This document shows positions 51,175-64,000 of a stretch of 64,000 nucleotides of DNA, piece after piece. A program made the position numbers and the translations under genes. Source of the DNA: Callorhinchus milii (taxonomy: Eukaryota). Positions within the stretch are counted from its first letter, which is position 1; each line of letters starts with the position of its first letter. The notes under the pieces are model-generated. The model made no database searches. It was not told the origin of the DNA and saw only the letters and a program-made list of their open reading frames with translations. The stretch lies in the NCBI RefSeq assembly GCF_018977255.1, contig NW_024704742.1, positions 80,416,001-80,480,000 on the forward strand, given 5' to 3'.

Positions 51175-51340
51175 CACCTGTAAGCCATGTTACTGGAAGA
51201 AACTCACTTTTCTTTCTGAATAGTACCATGGGATCTTTAATGTTCACCTGGACTGGCAGATGGGACCTCGATTTTAAGTCTCATCCAAAGGATGGCATCT
51301 CCGACAATGCATCACACGCATAACAATGCAGCATACCCGT

Positions 51341-52941
51341 AACATGAGCCATAACCCGCTCTGCCTTCCCTCACCACCATAATGTCGCCAGACCTTCCGT
51401 AGACCCCTCAAACCCCAGCCACTACCGCCCTATTTCTAACCTGCCCTTCCTCGCAAAAGTCCTAGAATGCGTTGTTGCCAATCAACTTCGCGCAAACCTC
51501 TCCTCCAATTCCCTCTTCGAACCCCTCCAGTCCAGTTTCTGCTCTGCCCACAGTACAGAGACTGCGCTTGTGAAAGTCACAAACGACATCCTCTCTATCT
51601 ATGACCAGGGCTCCCTTTGCCTCCTTGTCCTCCTGGATCTCTCTGCGGCGTTGGACACAGTTGATCACGCCATCCTCCTCAACCGCCTTTCCTCCATCAT
51701 CCATCTCAGTGGGACCGCAATCGCCTGGTTTGAGTCCTACCTCACAAACCGCCAGCAGTACATCTGCACAAACGGCTTCTCCTCCCACTCTCACCCAGTT
51801 ACCTGTGGGATATCCCAAGGATCCATCCTTGGCCCCCTCCTCTTTCTGATCTACATGCTACCTTTTGGGGATGTTGTCCGCAGACATGGGGTACATTTCC
51901 ACATGTAAGCGAATGACACCCAACTCTATTATTCCACCTCTCTTTGCGACCCTCAGGCCCCTGATGTTCTGTCAGCCTGCCTGTCAGATCTCAGGGGCTG
52001 AATGAGCACAAATTTTCTTCAGCTGAACGTTGACAAGATGGAAGCCATACTCTTTGGCTCTCGTCAACATCTAAAATCTCACAGATCTCACCTTTTCCAC
52101 CTACCAGACCTCCCCCTAAAACTCGCATCAAACTCCGCTCCCCGATCTTCAGGTCCCTGCTGAAGAGCTTTCTTTTCGACCGCGCCTTTGGTCACCTTCC
52201 TCCCCATCCCCCTGGCTTGGCCCCGGGATCCGTTACTGTAAAGTGCCCTGAGATGCCATCCGGCGTGGAGGGCACTATATAAATCCAAGTTGTTGTTGTT
52301 GTTGTTGACTCCGCCACTACCTCACCCCTCAGACCGTTGAAACTCTTGTTCTTGCCTTCATCACCTCCAGGCTCGACTATGCAAACGTCCTGCTTGTCGG
52401 CCTTCCTAACTCCTCCCTCCACAGGCTGCAGTTAATCCAGAACTCTGCAGCCCGTGTCCTCTCCCCCACCAAACTCTGTGACCCCATCTCCCCCACTCTC
52501 GCCCGACTCCATTGGCTCCCTATCCTTCAGAGGATCCAGTTCAAGATCCTGGTCCTCACCTACAAAGCCCTCCATGGCCTCGCCCCACCCAACCTCTGCG
52601 ACCTCCTAATCCCCTACCAACCCACCCGCTCTCTCCACTCAGCTGACTCTGCCTGCTCCCCGACCCACCCACCCCACCATTGGCAGGAAAGCCTTCAGCC
52701 ACTCTGCCCCCAACCTCTGGAATTCCATCCCCCAATCACTCCGCCTCGCCCCCTCCTTAGCCTCCTACAAGTTCCGCCCCAAAACCCTCCTCTTCAACCA
52801 TGCCATCGGCCACCCCCCCTTCCCCTCCCCTCCCTTCTCCCTCCCTGACCCCAGCTCGGATCTGAAATGCTGTACGCTGCCCAGTGCCTTGGGACATCCT
52901 CCCGACGTGAAAGGCGCTTTACAAATGTAATTTTGTTGTTG
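51341..52941 (+). mobile_element. L2 LINE fragment with RT domain, interrupted by a short L2 tail at ~52125-52305
   Basis: LLDLSAALDTVDH and GISQGSILGPLLFLIY motifs; YADD region carries a stop (atg taa gcg aat gac). Confidence 0.93.
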
Positions 52942-52964
52942 TGTCAAGTGCCAATGTGAGGCTT

Positions 52965-53535
52965 AACTTGTTGCTTGTTGGTCTTCATACCTCTTCTCTC
53001 CAGAAGCTGCAGAACATCCAGAACTCTGCAGGTCATGTTCTCTCCTGCACCAGGCTCCGTGACCCTATCACCTCCATCCTCACCTGGCATCACAGGCTCC
53101 CCATCCCCCAGGAGTTAGAGTTCAAAAGCCTCTCCCTTGCCTTGAAAGCCCTCCATGGCCTTGCTCCTTCCAACCTCTGTGACCTGCTAGCTCTATATCG
53201 ACCTCTCCCCTCCCTGCACTCAGTGGTCCCCAGCTTGCTCCATATCCCCCGACCGGCCCACCCCACCATCAGCTATTGGGCATTCAGCCTTTCTGCACCC
53301 ACCCTTTGGAACTTTATCCCATAGTCCCTTCACCTCATCCGCTCCCTTGCCTCCTTCAAGGCCAATCTCAAGACCATCCTCATCAACTATGCCTTCGGTC
53401 ACCCTCCTATCCTTATACCTCCTGCCCCCACCTGCTCCTAATCCTGACCCCTAGATCAAGCCTAAATCCCTGACTTTCCAGGGCCTTGGGTGTCCTCACA
53501 ACGTTGAAACATAATTTATTGTTGTTCTTGTTGAA
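52965..53535 (+). mobile_element. L2 LINE 3' fragment
   Basis: LQKLQNIQNSA and KALHGLAP translation. Confidence 0.88.
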
Positions 53536-53607
53536 CCCACAAACTGCTGAATCAGAGGCAAATGCGTTACCAAAGGAATCAGGCAATTAACCCTTCCACT
53601 TCTAGAT

Positions 53608-53901
53608 AAAAAAATCCTTGTATTTGCATAGCGCTTTTCACGTCTTCTAGAAGTCTCAAAGCGCTTCACAGAATTCCCTATAAATTGAATTGACTGTATA
53701 TTTGTGGGCGAAACGTGGTAGCCATTTGCGCACAGCAGTGCCCCTCAAACAGTCATGGATTGAAGTGACCAACTTTATTATTGTTTTTTTCTTGAGGATT
53801 TATTATCAGGCGTATGGAGTAAGGAAACTCGCCAAGGTTTCACCCTGCTGGGAATTGAACCCAGGTTGCTCGACTGCTCTAACCACTGAGCTACAGGACT
53901 C
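53608..53901 (-). mobile_element. tRNA/Deu SINE
   Basis: Head, core and tail present. Confidence 0.88.
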
Positions 53902-54749
53902 CAAATAGTGATGAACTCACAAATCCCTCTGCTCTTTCCCAATATTACGAGTTCTCCTTATCAATACTTATTCATAAACAAAGCTTTGCTTTTGCATAAC
54001 TCTGGAAGGGTTGTATCCCTCTGCCCTAAAAGTATTGACAGAAATCCATCTCTTGTGGTTTAATGTTGGTTATTCCTTTTGAATAATCTGCAGACATATC
54101 GGCAGAGAACCATTCCATGTGTGGGATATAACCACAGAGACTGGAGCACAGTTGTCTCAGAAAATTGGATTCTGCAGCTTTCTAAGAGCACAGAAGGATT
54201 TGTAGAAACTTAACATAGATGCTAATTCACGAACTGGAGCTTTCCATAGTGTAAAACTTAATCCCAATAACTAACAGCAGCAAACCATTAATAAATCTCT
54301 ATTTGGAACTTAATGTAGAGGGGGACCTGTGAACAATAAGCGCATGTTTCTTAGGCAAGGGTAGCATTGAGAAGATTGGCTGCATATATTATCTGAGGAT
54401 GCATTGGAGTGAGATAAACATTGAAGTGTAGCTGTAGTACTTCTTGAGAGTTTGGAATCAATAAAGTGACCTAGGATTACCTCGAGTGTTCACAAGATTG
54501 ATCGTGTTGTTCTGATAGAATATGGTCAGCCTGGCAATATATGCCTAATGTTGTAAATTCTAGCATGGAGGACATACTGCTGCTCCATTATTAACTGACC
54601 CAATGTTGCCAACTGTGACAAGCAAGACCAAATTCCAGTCTTCTATCAGCTTTGACAGGTATCTTCACCATAAATTGATTCCAGTATAATTCAGGCTTGG
54701 TTAATAATAATAAAAGTATAATAATCCTCACATTTGGTAAATCGCCCAA

Positions 54750-56515
54750 TCACAACAACAACAAAATTACATTTGTATACTGCCTTTTAGGTTGGGAGGA
54801 CATCCCAAGGCGCTGGACTGTCAGTGTTTTGGACCCGAGCTGGTGTTCAGCATCGGAGAGTGTGGCGGGCAGGGGGCAGACGTAGTGTGATCGAAAGCAT
54901 GGTCTAAGAGGAGGGTCTTGAGATGGGTCTTGAAGGAGGTAAGTGAGGGGGTCAGGCAGAAGGACTCTGGGATAGAGTTTCAGAAGGTAGGGGCAGAGTA
55001 GCAGAAGGCCCACCTGCCATTGCTGGGGCTGACGAGGCGGGGAATGTGTAGCAGGTCGGAGCCCGCTGAGCCGAGGGAGCGGGCAGGATGTTAGGGGTTA
55101 GGAGGTCACAGATATAGGGGGAGCAAAGCCATGGAGGGCTTTGAAGGTGAGGACCAGGATAGTGAGTCAGGCGAGGATGGGGTTAATAGGCTCAAGGTGC
55201 CTGGTGCCTGGTGCGATGACATAGACAGCAGAGTTCTGGATGATCTGCAGCCTATTGAGGGAGGAGATGGGGAGGCCAACAAGCAAGGAGTTTGCATGGT
55301 CAAGCCACAATGTTATGAATGTGTGTATGAGGCTTTTTGGTGGCCTGCAGTGTGAGACAGTGGCGGAACCGGGCTATTTTGCAGAGGTGGGGGGAGGCAG
55401 AGCAGGTCATGGCCCAGATGTGGGATAGAAAGAATAGTTGAGGGTCAAATAAGCCCCCAAGGTTCCGGACTGGCTTAGCAAGGTGGAGTATGCATCCTTG
55501 GATGGTGATGCTATCAACGCCTGAGGTGAGGAGGCGCTGACGGGAGCCAATGAGGAGGGCCTCGGTCTTGTTGAAATTCAGCCGAAGAAAGTTAGCTCTC
55601 ATCCATGACTTGATGTTTGATAGACATTCTGTCAGGACAACAGTGGTCCTGGAGTCAAGGGTGGAGGCAGAGAGATACCATTAGGTATCATGTGGATGAT
55701 GTCACCAAGAGGGAGCATATAGATGTTGAATAGGAGGGGACCAAGAACAGAGCCCTGAGGAATACCAGACGAGATGGTGTGGGGGCTAGAGGAGAAACAG
55801 TTTGTGGAGATGAAGTAGAGGCAGTGTGAGAGATACGATATGAACGATTCAAGGACAGATCCGTGAAGGGTGATGTGATAGGAGAGGCAGTGGATAAGGA
55901 TAGAGTGGTCAATGGTGTTGAAGACAGCAGAGAGGTCAATGAGGACGAGGAGGCAGAGGGAGCCCCGGTCGCAGATGGACAGAATGTCATTTGTCGCTTT
56001 GACTAGGGCAGTTTCTGTGCTGTGGGCGGCTCAGACACCCAATTGAAGGGGTTGTGGAGGGAGTGGCGGGAGAGAAATGAGCGATGTTGGAAAGCAATGA
56101 CTTGTTCAAGGACCTTGGAGGGGAAAAGGAGGTTGTAGATGGGGTGGTAGTTTGAGAGCAGGAATGGGTCCACGGAAGGTTTTTTAAGGATAGGAGTGAT
56201 GACGGCAGTTTTTAAAAGGGTGGGAACAGTACCAGTGGATAGGGAAAGGTTTATGATGTCTGTGAGTAGAGGGGCAAAGAGGTGGAGAAGTAAGGAGAGG
56301 TGTATGGATGGGGTCGAGGGAGCAGGTGGTCGGTTTCATGCGGGTTATAGTGGTGATGAGAGGAGGGGGAGACAGGTAAAAGGTGTGGAGGGAGGGATGG
56401 GTAGGGGCTGGGGTGAAAGGGGAAGATGGAGAGTGGGTAGTAGACGGAAGGGCAAAGGCAGTTGAGCGGATCCACTCGACTTTGGATTCGAGGAAGTCCA
56501 GCATCGCCTCGCATT
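54750..56515 (-). mobile_element. L2 LINE fragment, RT region to 3' end, degenerate
   Basis: MRANFLRLNFNKTEALLIG and MKPTTCSLDPI motifs; (TTG)n tail at 54750-54765. Confidence 0.93.
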
Positions 56516-57559
56516 GTTAAAACATCTCAAAGTACTTCATAGGATTTACTGTAAAATGCGGTGAATGTGTATTTGTTAGCCAATTATCACACAGCAATGT
56601 ACCATGACACCTGAATAAGTAGATGGAACACCAGTTCAACATCTTATCTTTCAGACGGCATATTCAACAATACAGCGCTATCCAGCAGTGCATTGGATTT
56701 CCTTGAAACCTTGGGTCTAAAATCAAGAGGGTTCAGTCTGCTGCCTGCGCCAATGTTTGCAAAGTTCAATTCTATTCCGTTTATTTGCTATTACTATGTA
56801 TTGCTTCATGTTGACCTTTTCATTTCTCGTTATCCTTTTCTTTGTATTATCAGTCATCACTCCATTTATACAATGCAATTAAAATAGAAATCTAAATGTT
56901 TCTGGGAAAAAAAGTATTAACCTGTGCAATGCTGAGATGATGCTCCTTATAGATTTTAAATTAAATTCTTGGCAATATGTTTTGCAATTTCTCTGCTGCA
57001 AATCACAAATCCAAATATGGCCTTGGAATGTACTGTCACTTTGTTGGAACATATTATTATATATTTTTTAAATGTTAGCATCACAAGTCACTCAAAAAGC
57101 TGAAGATCACATGTTTTCTCCACACATTTAAAATAGGCTCTTAGAAATCATTACATTCACTGTTATATAAGGGTATAAATACAAGCTAGCAAAATCCTAC
57201 AACAAAATGACCTTCTCTTGTCAAGGACACAATATATTAAAGCTTTCAACTCCATAAATGTTGGACCTTCTCATTTCTTTCTCTGTGTAATTACATTATG
57301 ATGAAACTCCTTTGAACCTATCTGACCTTTTGAATAATAAGTACAGCTGTATCTTTTATACTCAAATGAGCATTAAACTCTCTCTGTACTAAAAGGGCAT
57401 CACCCATGCATCCAAACATAAAAGAATTTAAAAGATAGCAATTTTCTTTCTATGTAAGTGCAAATTAAATTTGGGTTTGTCTGCTTGGTTTTAACAGTGT
57501 TGGTGGATAGAAGCATGCAGCTGGAATAATCTTACACAATACAAAGGATAGCAGGAGTG

Positions 57560-57730
57560 TTGTTCCAATGTATTTGTTCTGCAGTTGATGTAAACTATTA
57601 TTCCATTTCATACATAGGAATTTCCATGTGTAGATGGGATGCATGGAAGTCTCAGCTTGGTTTGGATTCTTTAAAGCATGGTGATGGGTTTCCACTTGTG
57701 TCAGACACCCAGCTGACCAAAAAGAGTAAC
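57560..57730 (+). repeat. Unclassified repeat 3' part, same family as 29400-29975
   Basis: gggatgcatggaagtctcagcttggtttggat, gcatggtgatgggtttcc, gctgaccaaaaag. Confidence 0.8.
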
Positions 57731-60700
57731 CTTCTTCCTCTCCCGCCACTCCCTTCACGAACCCCTCCAATCGGGTTTCCGTGCCGCCCACAGCACAGAA
57801 ACAGCCCTGGTCAAAGTGACAAATGACATTCTGTCCATCTGTGACCTGGGACCCCTCTGCCTCCTCATTCTCCTTGACCTCTCTACTGCCTTCGACACCA
57901 TCGACCACTCTATACTTTCCCTAACTGCTCCTCTCACCTCAACCTTCACGGCTCTGTTGTTGACTGGTTCAGATCGAACCTTTCACATCGCCTCCATTGC
58001 ATCTCCATAAACAGTTTCTCCTCTATCCCCCGCACCATCTCGTGCAGTGTTCCTCAGGGCTCTGGCCTTGTTCTCCTCCTATTCAACATCTTTGAGGAAT
58101 AAGAATGCCGTGGGAAAGGTGGTCCAACCGTGGATAACTAGAACAGTTAGGAAAAGTATAAAATTAAAGGAAGAAGCCTATAAAACAGCTAAGATGAGTA
58201 GTAAACCCGAGGATTGGGAGAACTTTAGGGATCAACAAAGGAGAACCCAAAAAGTGACTAAGAGAGAAAAAATGGAATATGAGGGCAAACTAGGGAGGAA
58301 CATAAAGACAGACTGCAAGAGTTTTTATAAATATATAAAGAGGAAGAGGCTGTCAAAGGTAAATGTGGGTCCCCTGCAGGCAGAGACGGAGGGAATTATA
58401 ATAGGGGACAATGACATGGCAGAGTCATTAAACAAGTACTTTGCTACTGTCTTCACCTTAGAAGACACTGAAAACCTACCAAGAATAGAGGGGAACCAAG
58501 AAGATAATGTTAGCGAGCAACTTGGGGAAATTAATATTAGTAAAAAAATGGTTTTAGATAAATTGTCAGGTCTTAAAACTGATAAATCCCCTGGACCTGA
58601 TGGCCTACATCCTAGGGTTTTAAAAAAGGTGGCTACTGAGATAGTGGATGGCTTGTCTTTGATTTTCCAAAATTCTCTGGATTCTGGAAAAGATGGGGAA
58701 TTGTAGACCAGTCAGTTTGACATCAGTGGTAGGGAAAATTCTTGAGTCCTTAATTAAGGATGTCGTTATGGGATTCCTGGAAGACCATAACACGATTAGG
58801 CAGAGTCAACATGGCTTTACAAAAGGGAAGTCATGCTTAACTAATCTTTTAGAGTTTTTTGAAGATGTATCTAGCAGGTTAGATAGGGTGAGCCAGTAGA
58901 TGTAATATATTTAGATTTTAAATAGGCATTTGACAAGGTGCCACACAAAAGGCTATTGCACAAGGTTAAGGCCTACGGGATAAATGGGAACATATTAGCA
59001 TGGATTGAAGAGTGGCTAATGGGTAGAAAACAGAGAGTAGGGATAAACGGGTCATTCTCGAATTGGCAGGATGTGACTAGTGGAGTGCCACAAGGATCAG
59101 TGCTTGGGCCTCAGCTATTTACAATTTACATCAATGATCTAGACGAGGACATTGAATGTAACGTATCTAAATTCTCGGATGACACTAAACTGGGTGGGAG
59201 AGTAAGCTTTGAGGATGATGCAAAAAGATTGCAACGGGATATAGATAGGCTAGGGGAGTGGGCGAGTAGGTGGCAGATGGAATTTAATGTGGGGAAGTGT
59301 GAAGTTATTCACCTAGGCAGCAAAAGTAGAAAAACAGATTATTTTCTAGAGGGGAGAGATTAGATAGTGTTAATGTTCAGAGGGGTTTGGGTGTACTTGT
59401 ACACTAGTCTCAAAAAGTTAGTTTGCAGGTGCAGCAAGTAACTAAGAAGGCAAACGGCATGTTAGCGTTCATTGCAAAAGGTTTAGAGTACAAGAGTAGG
59501 GAAGTCTTGCTGCAACTATATAGGGCCTTGGTGAGACCGCACCTAGAGTATTGTGTGCAGTTTTGGTCTCCTTATTTAAGAAAGGATATACTTGCCCTCG
59601 AGGGGGTGCAGCGTAGATTCACCAGGTTAGTTCCTGGGATGAGGGAACTGACCTGTGAGCATAGGCTGAATAAACTAGGGCTGTATTCTCTAGAGTACAG
59701 AAGAATTAGGGGAGATCTTATTGAAACATATAAGATTCTTAAAGGACTGGATAAAGTAGACACTGAGGGTCTGTTTCCCCTGGTAGGAGGGGTCACAGTC
59801 TTAAAATTAAGATTCAGCCTTTTAGAACAGAGTTGATGAAACATTTCTTCACTCAGAGGGTAGTGAATTTATGGAATTTATGGAATTCACTACTCCAGAA
59901 GGCTGTAGATGCTCAGTCCTTGAGTATTTTCAAGGCTGAAACTGATAGGTTTTTAAAAAATAGAGGGATTAGGGGATAGGGGTACAGGGCAGGTAATTAG
60001 AGTTAGGTCAGAAGATCAGCCATGATCTTATTGAATGGCGGGGCAGGTTCGAGGGCCGAATGGCCTACTCCTGCTCCTAATTCTTATGTTCTTATCTATA
60101 TGCTTCCTCTTGGGTTCAACTTCCACATATATGCAGATGACACCCAACTCTACCTCTCTGCCTCTATCCTTGACTCCAGGACCAATGCTGTCCTGACAGA
60201 ATGGCTGTCAGACATCAAGTCCTGGATGAGAGCTAACTTTCTTCAGTTGAACGTCAACAACACCGAGGCTCTCCTGATTAGCTTCCGTCAGAGCCTCCTC
60301 ATCTCATGCGTTGACAGCATCACCATCCATGGTTGCACAACTACCTTATTAAGCCAGTCCAGAACCTTGGGTTCTTGTTTGAACTTCAACTATCCTTTCT
60401 ACCCCACATCTACGTAGTGACCCGCTCTGCCTTCTCCCACCTCTGCAACATCGCCAGTCTCCGCCACTGTCTCACACCGCAGGTCACCAAAATCCTCATA
60501 CATGCTTTCAATACATCAAGGCTTGACTATGCAAACTCACTGCTTATCAACCTCCCCAACTCCTCCCTTCACAGAATGCAGATCATCAAGAATTCTGCAG
60601 CCCGTGTCCTCTCCAGCACGAGGCTCCACAACCGTATCACCCCCTTCCTCGCTCGACTCCACTGCCTTCCCATCACACAGAGGATACAGTTCAAGAACCT

Positions 60701-61098
60701 AATCCTCACCTTCAAAGCCCTCCATGGTCTTGCTCACCCTCTACCTTTTTGATCCCCTAAACCCCTACCCCCCTGCTTGCTCCCTCCATTCAGTGGGCTC
60801 CGGCCTGCTTCACCTCCCCTGCCTCGCTCGGCCCACTATTGGCGGGCGGGCCTTCTGCCACTCTGCGCCCACCCTCTGGAACTCCATCCCACAGTCCCTC
60901 CGCCTCGCCCTCTCCCTTGCCTTCATCAAGATCCATCTCAAGATCCTTTGACTGTGCTTTCGATCTCCATGCTTAACCCCCTGCCCTCCACCCTGCCCGA
61001 CCCTGACCCCCAGCTCAGGTCCAAAACTCTGTCTACCCAGTGCCTTGGACGTCCTCCGATATGAAAAGTGCTATACAGATGTCATTTTGTTGTTGTTC
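57728..61098 (+). mobile_element. L2 LINE (57728-58091 and 60094-61098) split by a CR1 insertion
   Basis: [13 protein letters not shown] on the left; IYADDTQLY, WMRANFLQLN and L2 tail on the right. Confidence 0.92.
58092..60097 (+). mobile_element. ~2 kb 5'-truncated CR1 LINE with disrupted reverse transcriptase
   Basis: PWIT, KSPGPDGLHPRVLK, QHGF, SGVPQGSVLGP, KFSDDTKLGG and [13 protein letters not shown] motifs; frameshifts and stops; 3' end cctactcctgctcctaattcttatgttctt. Confidence 0.96.
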
Positions 61099-62112
61099 TA
61101 TATACATAAATTAAGCAAGCTAAAGGAGCCAGATTCAGTGCACTTGATGTGAAATAAAGAAAAACAGCTCCGTTAAGATCTCACCATGGACAAACTGAAC
61201 AAATTGCACGAATGAATAGGAAGATTTCTTTTCTGGAAATTCAGAAGAAAAACAAAAATGGTTTAAAGCAGGAAAAGAAGCACAGCAGTTTCAATCAGCT
61301 TCTAAGTAAGAAAGATTATTTCAAATGGTTCACATAGAATCTGAAGTGCAATCAGAAGCAATTTCTCACCAGCAAGCAATCCTACTCCTCTCTTTCAGGT
61401 GATGAATAACATGGTGTGTGCATTTCTGACTTAAATATAGAATGCATATGTAATACACATAACATGAAATTAGGTGGTGATGTCAAACCAAGCATCTGCT
61501 ATACTGTATTCAATTGTGCTTGTAGGGGGAATAAAATGAGCATTGTTAAAAGTATTAAAAATATAAGGTTATTTATTTGACAAATATATTCTTTAAAAAT
61601 GAATTGTTTATATTAAATAATCTTTGTTAAAGCGAATATAATAATATTGTTTGTATTTTATATTGCGCCTTTCACATCAGGATGGTGTCTCAAAGGACTT
61701 TACAATATTTACTGCAAAGTATCGCAACTGCACATTTTAATATAATGAATATTATAAGTGAAAAAAGTTGACTGGGGTAGATCAAAATATAAAATATAAC
61801 ATCATCGAGATGAGGAAAGAGACTGAGAATATCATGGAGGCACTAAAGAGGAGTAGGAATTGTCAAAGCCCAGAAGCATCTCTTTGTGCCTCTCTAACAT
61901 TGATTCCTATCTGACTATAGGCCAGATGACAGGCAAGCAGATAACATTTATGAACAGAGCCACAACATTAAAATCTAGGGAATTATGTTACATTTTTACT
62001 TACAATTTACACCTTTTTCAAATAATAAAGAAAGACATCAGACTAATTTAAAATTGCTTTGTGGTTTCCCAGATGTGTTTATCGAGATGAATAAGAGAGC
62101 GCTGGAGTTTAC

Positions 62113-62222
62113 CGATAACATTCTTTGAGTAGGAGAGAATATATTACCAGGATAGTGATTTAAGATATTAATTATTTCAATGGTTAAGAAATTTAAACAG
62201 AGTTTCAGAATAGTGTAATTAC
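62113..62222 (-). CDS. Candidate exon NYTILKLCLNFLTIEIINILNHYPGNIFSPTQRMLS
   Basis: Strong acceptor atattttctttcag, donor TCG|gtaaac, open frame in AT-rich DNA; phase links to neighbours unresolved. Confidence 0.45.
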
Positions 62223-62634
62223 CTGAAAGAAAATATTGCACGGTTCAACATTAAAGGGGTTGAAAGCTTTATTAAATGGTATCCCTTGAGCCCTCTTTAA
62301 TTTGCAGGTTGAGATCCACGGCAGTAACAAGGTAACAATCGTATAATAATACTATCTTTCTCAACCTCAGACATGAACCACACAGATAAGCAATGCTCTT
62401 TTGACATCACTAGCCTGTAGGTGTCAGCTCAGTTGATCCATAGCCAGAAAAACATGAGGGCAAGTAATGCCAGGGTAAAGAAGAGAAAATAAACTTTGAG
62501 ACGTGGTGAAAAGCACCTCTGGAGCTAATATAATTTGCATTCATGCACCTTTGCTGAGGGTAGGACTGCAGTTGGTGGTAGTGCTGTTATATAAACCCGG
62601 TTTAAATCACCTGAAGTTGCATTGTGGTGATATG

Positions 62635-62990
62635 AGTCCTGTAGCATATTGGTTAAAGCATTCAACTCAAGTGAGATGATTGGGGTTCAATTCCTGGGCA
62701 GGACAAACCTTAGGCAAGTTTCCTTACTCCACACAGCTGTCTACCAGCAGTATGTAGGAACTAAATTCTTAGTCGATTGGCGGATTACTTTCTGGGAGTG
62801 ATAATCCCTTCAATAAATAATAATAATGTGTTCACTTAATCTATGACTGTTTGTGGGACACTGCTGTGCGCAATTGGCTGCCGCATTTTGCCCACAAAAT
62901 ATATAGCAGCTTTACAATATATGCTGTGAAGCACTTTGAGATATCTGAACGACGTGATTAGGCACTATATCAAATGTAAAGATTATTATT
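62635..62990 (+). mobile_element. tRNA/Deu SINE, long variant
   Basis: Head, extra segment ttagtcgattggcggat, core and tail. Confidence 0.85.
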
Positions 62991-63353
62991 GTTATTTATA
63001 TTTTTATTATCCGTTTATAATGCAACTATCAACAAATTTTCCTAAAGCAGGATAAAGAGACTTTAGGACATAGTAGTAATTACCTCTGCAGTTAACAGTA
63101 TAACTTCATTAATATTACTGTCAAGGGAGTTTCTCATGGGATTCCGGTGTCCTTGCCAACAATTCTCCAAATAAAATTGATCATTCATATTATAGCTATT
63201 TGTGGGACATTGGTGTGTCAAATTGGTTGCTGCATTTGCCCACAAAATACACAGTCATTACATTTTACAGTGAATCATATGAAGTGCTTTAGGACTTCCT
63301 TTCAATATTTTAAATACAAGAATTTTTTGTTTTACTGATCCATTAAAATCTAC

Positions 63354-63487
63354 CAGATAGAAGTGTTTTGCACATAAAGCACTGGTGCTTTCAATGGATT
63401 CTTCATCCCACTCTGTTACACTTCCTTGAGTTTGTTCTTCCTTCTCATCAATGACTTTATGCCTACTTTCACTGTTAGGCAATGTAT
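63354..63487 (-). CDS. Candidate exon TLPNSESRHKVIDEKEEQTQGSVTEWDEESIESTSALCAKHFYL
   Basis: Acceptor atattttcgcag, donor CTG|gtagat, purine-rich open frame with protein-like composition. Confidence 0.55.
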
Positions 63488-63796
63488 CTGCGAAAATATT
63501 TCTTCATTATCACAGCACTGTTCTGACTATCTGGAAAGTAATTTCATTTCCACCATCTCATTTCAAGCATGCTCTGTCTTCCATAATGAAGCTTGAATCA
63601 GTTTGAGTAGGCCCTTTGTTGTTATATCAGGTTTCTTTCAATTGCACATCTAGCGGTACACACATGTACGATAGGGATAAAAAGAAAGTCTGGAATAAAA
63701 CAAAAACATGCTGAAATATAGAGCGTACAGAGACTGAAAGAGAATGAATGATAAGAGACACACACGAAGATCAGTTAACATTTCAATTGAATTCAT

Positions 63797-64000
63797 ATCA
63801 TAGAATCATAGAATTTTACAGCACAGAAGGATGCCATTCGGTCCACCATGTCTGTGCTAGCTCTTTGATAGAGCTACCAACCAGTCCACTCCCACATTCT
63901 TACCCGATAGCCCTGCAATTTTTTTGCTTTTTAAGCACCTATCCAATTCCCTTTTGAAAGCTATTATCAAATCTGCTTCCACCACCCTTTCAGGCAGTGC
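63797..64000 (-). mobile_element. CR1-family 3' end, running off the window
   Basis: atcatagaatcatagaa tail followed by cacagaaggatgccattcggtcc. Confidence 0.8.

Noticed and set aside
58047..59836. Long RT-like ORFs as a functional gene
   Set aside because: 5'-truncated CR1 with no endonuclease domain, an internal deletion, frameshifts and stops.
61180..61430. Additional tiny minus-strand exon candidates (also near 29140, 62550, 63090 and 5240-5335)
   Set aside because: Splice signals are plausible but the phases could not be chained uniquely; too likely to be chance.
63690..63790. Possible further Penelope terminal repeat remnant (aaaaacatgctgaaat, cagttaacatttc)
   Set aside because: Too degenerate, with no ribozyme core.

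Overview
Eukaryotic (vertebrate) genomic DNA, most likely a cartilaginous fish. The tRNA-head/Deu-domain/L2-tail SINE, the L2 and CR1 LINEs and the Penelope-type repeats resemble what I recall for chimaeras and sharks; this is an inference, not a database result. Most of the window is intronic and dense in repeats: more than 25 SINE copies or fragments, about 9 L2 remnants, several CR1 remnants, microsatellites and an unclassified ~600 bp repeat family. Nearly all ORFs in the track are translations of these repeats. I read a minus-strand, multi-exon protein-coding gene of unknown identity across the whole window; several of its splice junctions are phase-consistent. One intron holds an antisense anillin (ANLN) C-terminal fragment with an open frame and no upstream exons, probably a retrocopy. 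Another intron holds a Penelope-like insertion with two tandem minimal hammerhead ribozyme motifs, one with an intact core, in the sense orientation of the host pre-mRNA. Repeat boundaries were estimated by eye and may be off by tens of bases.
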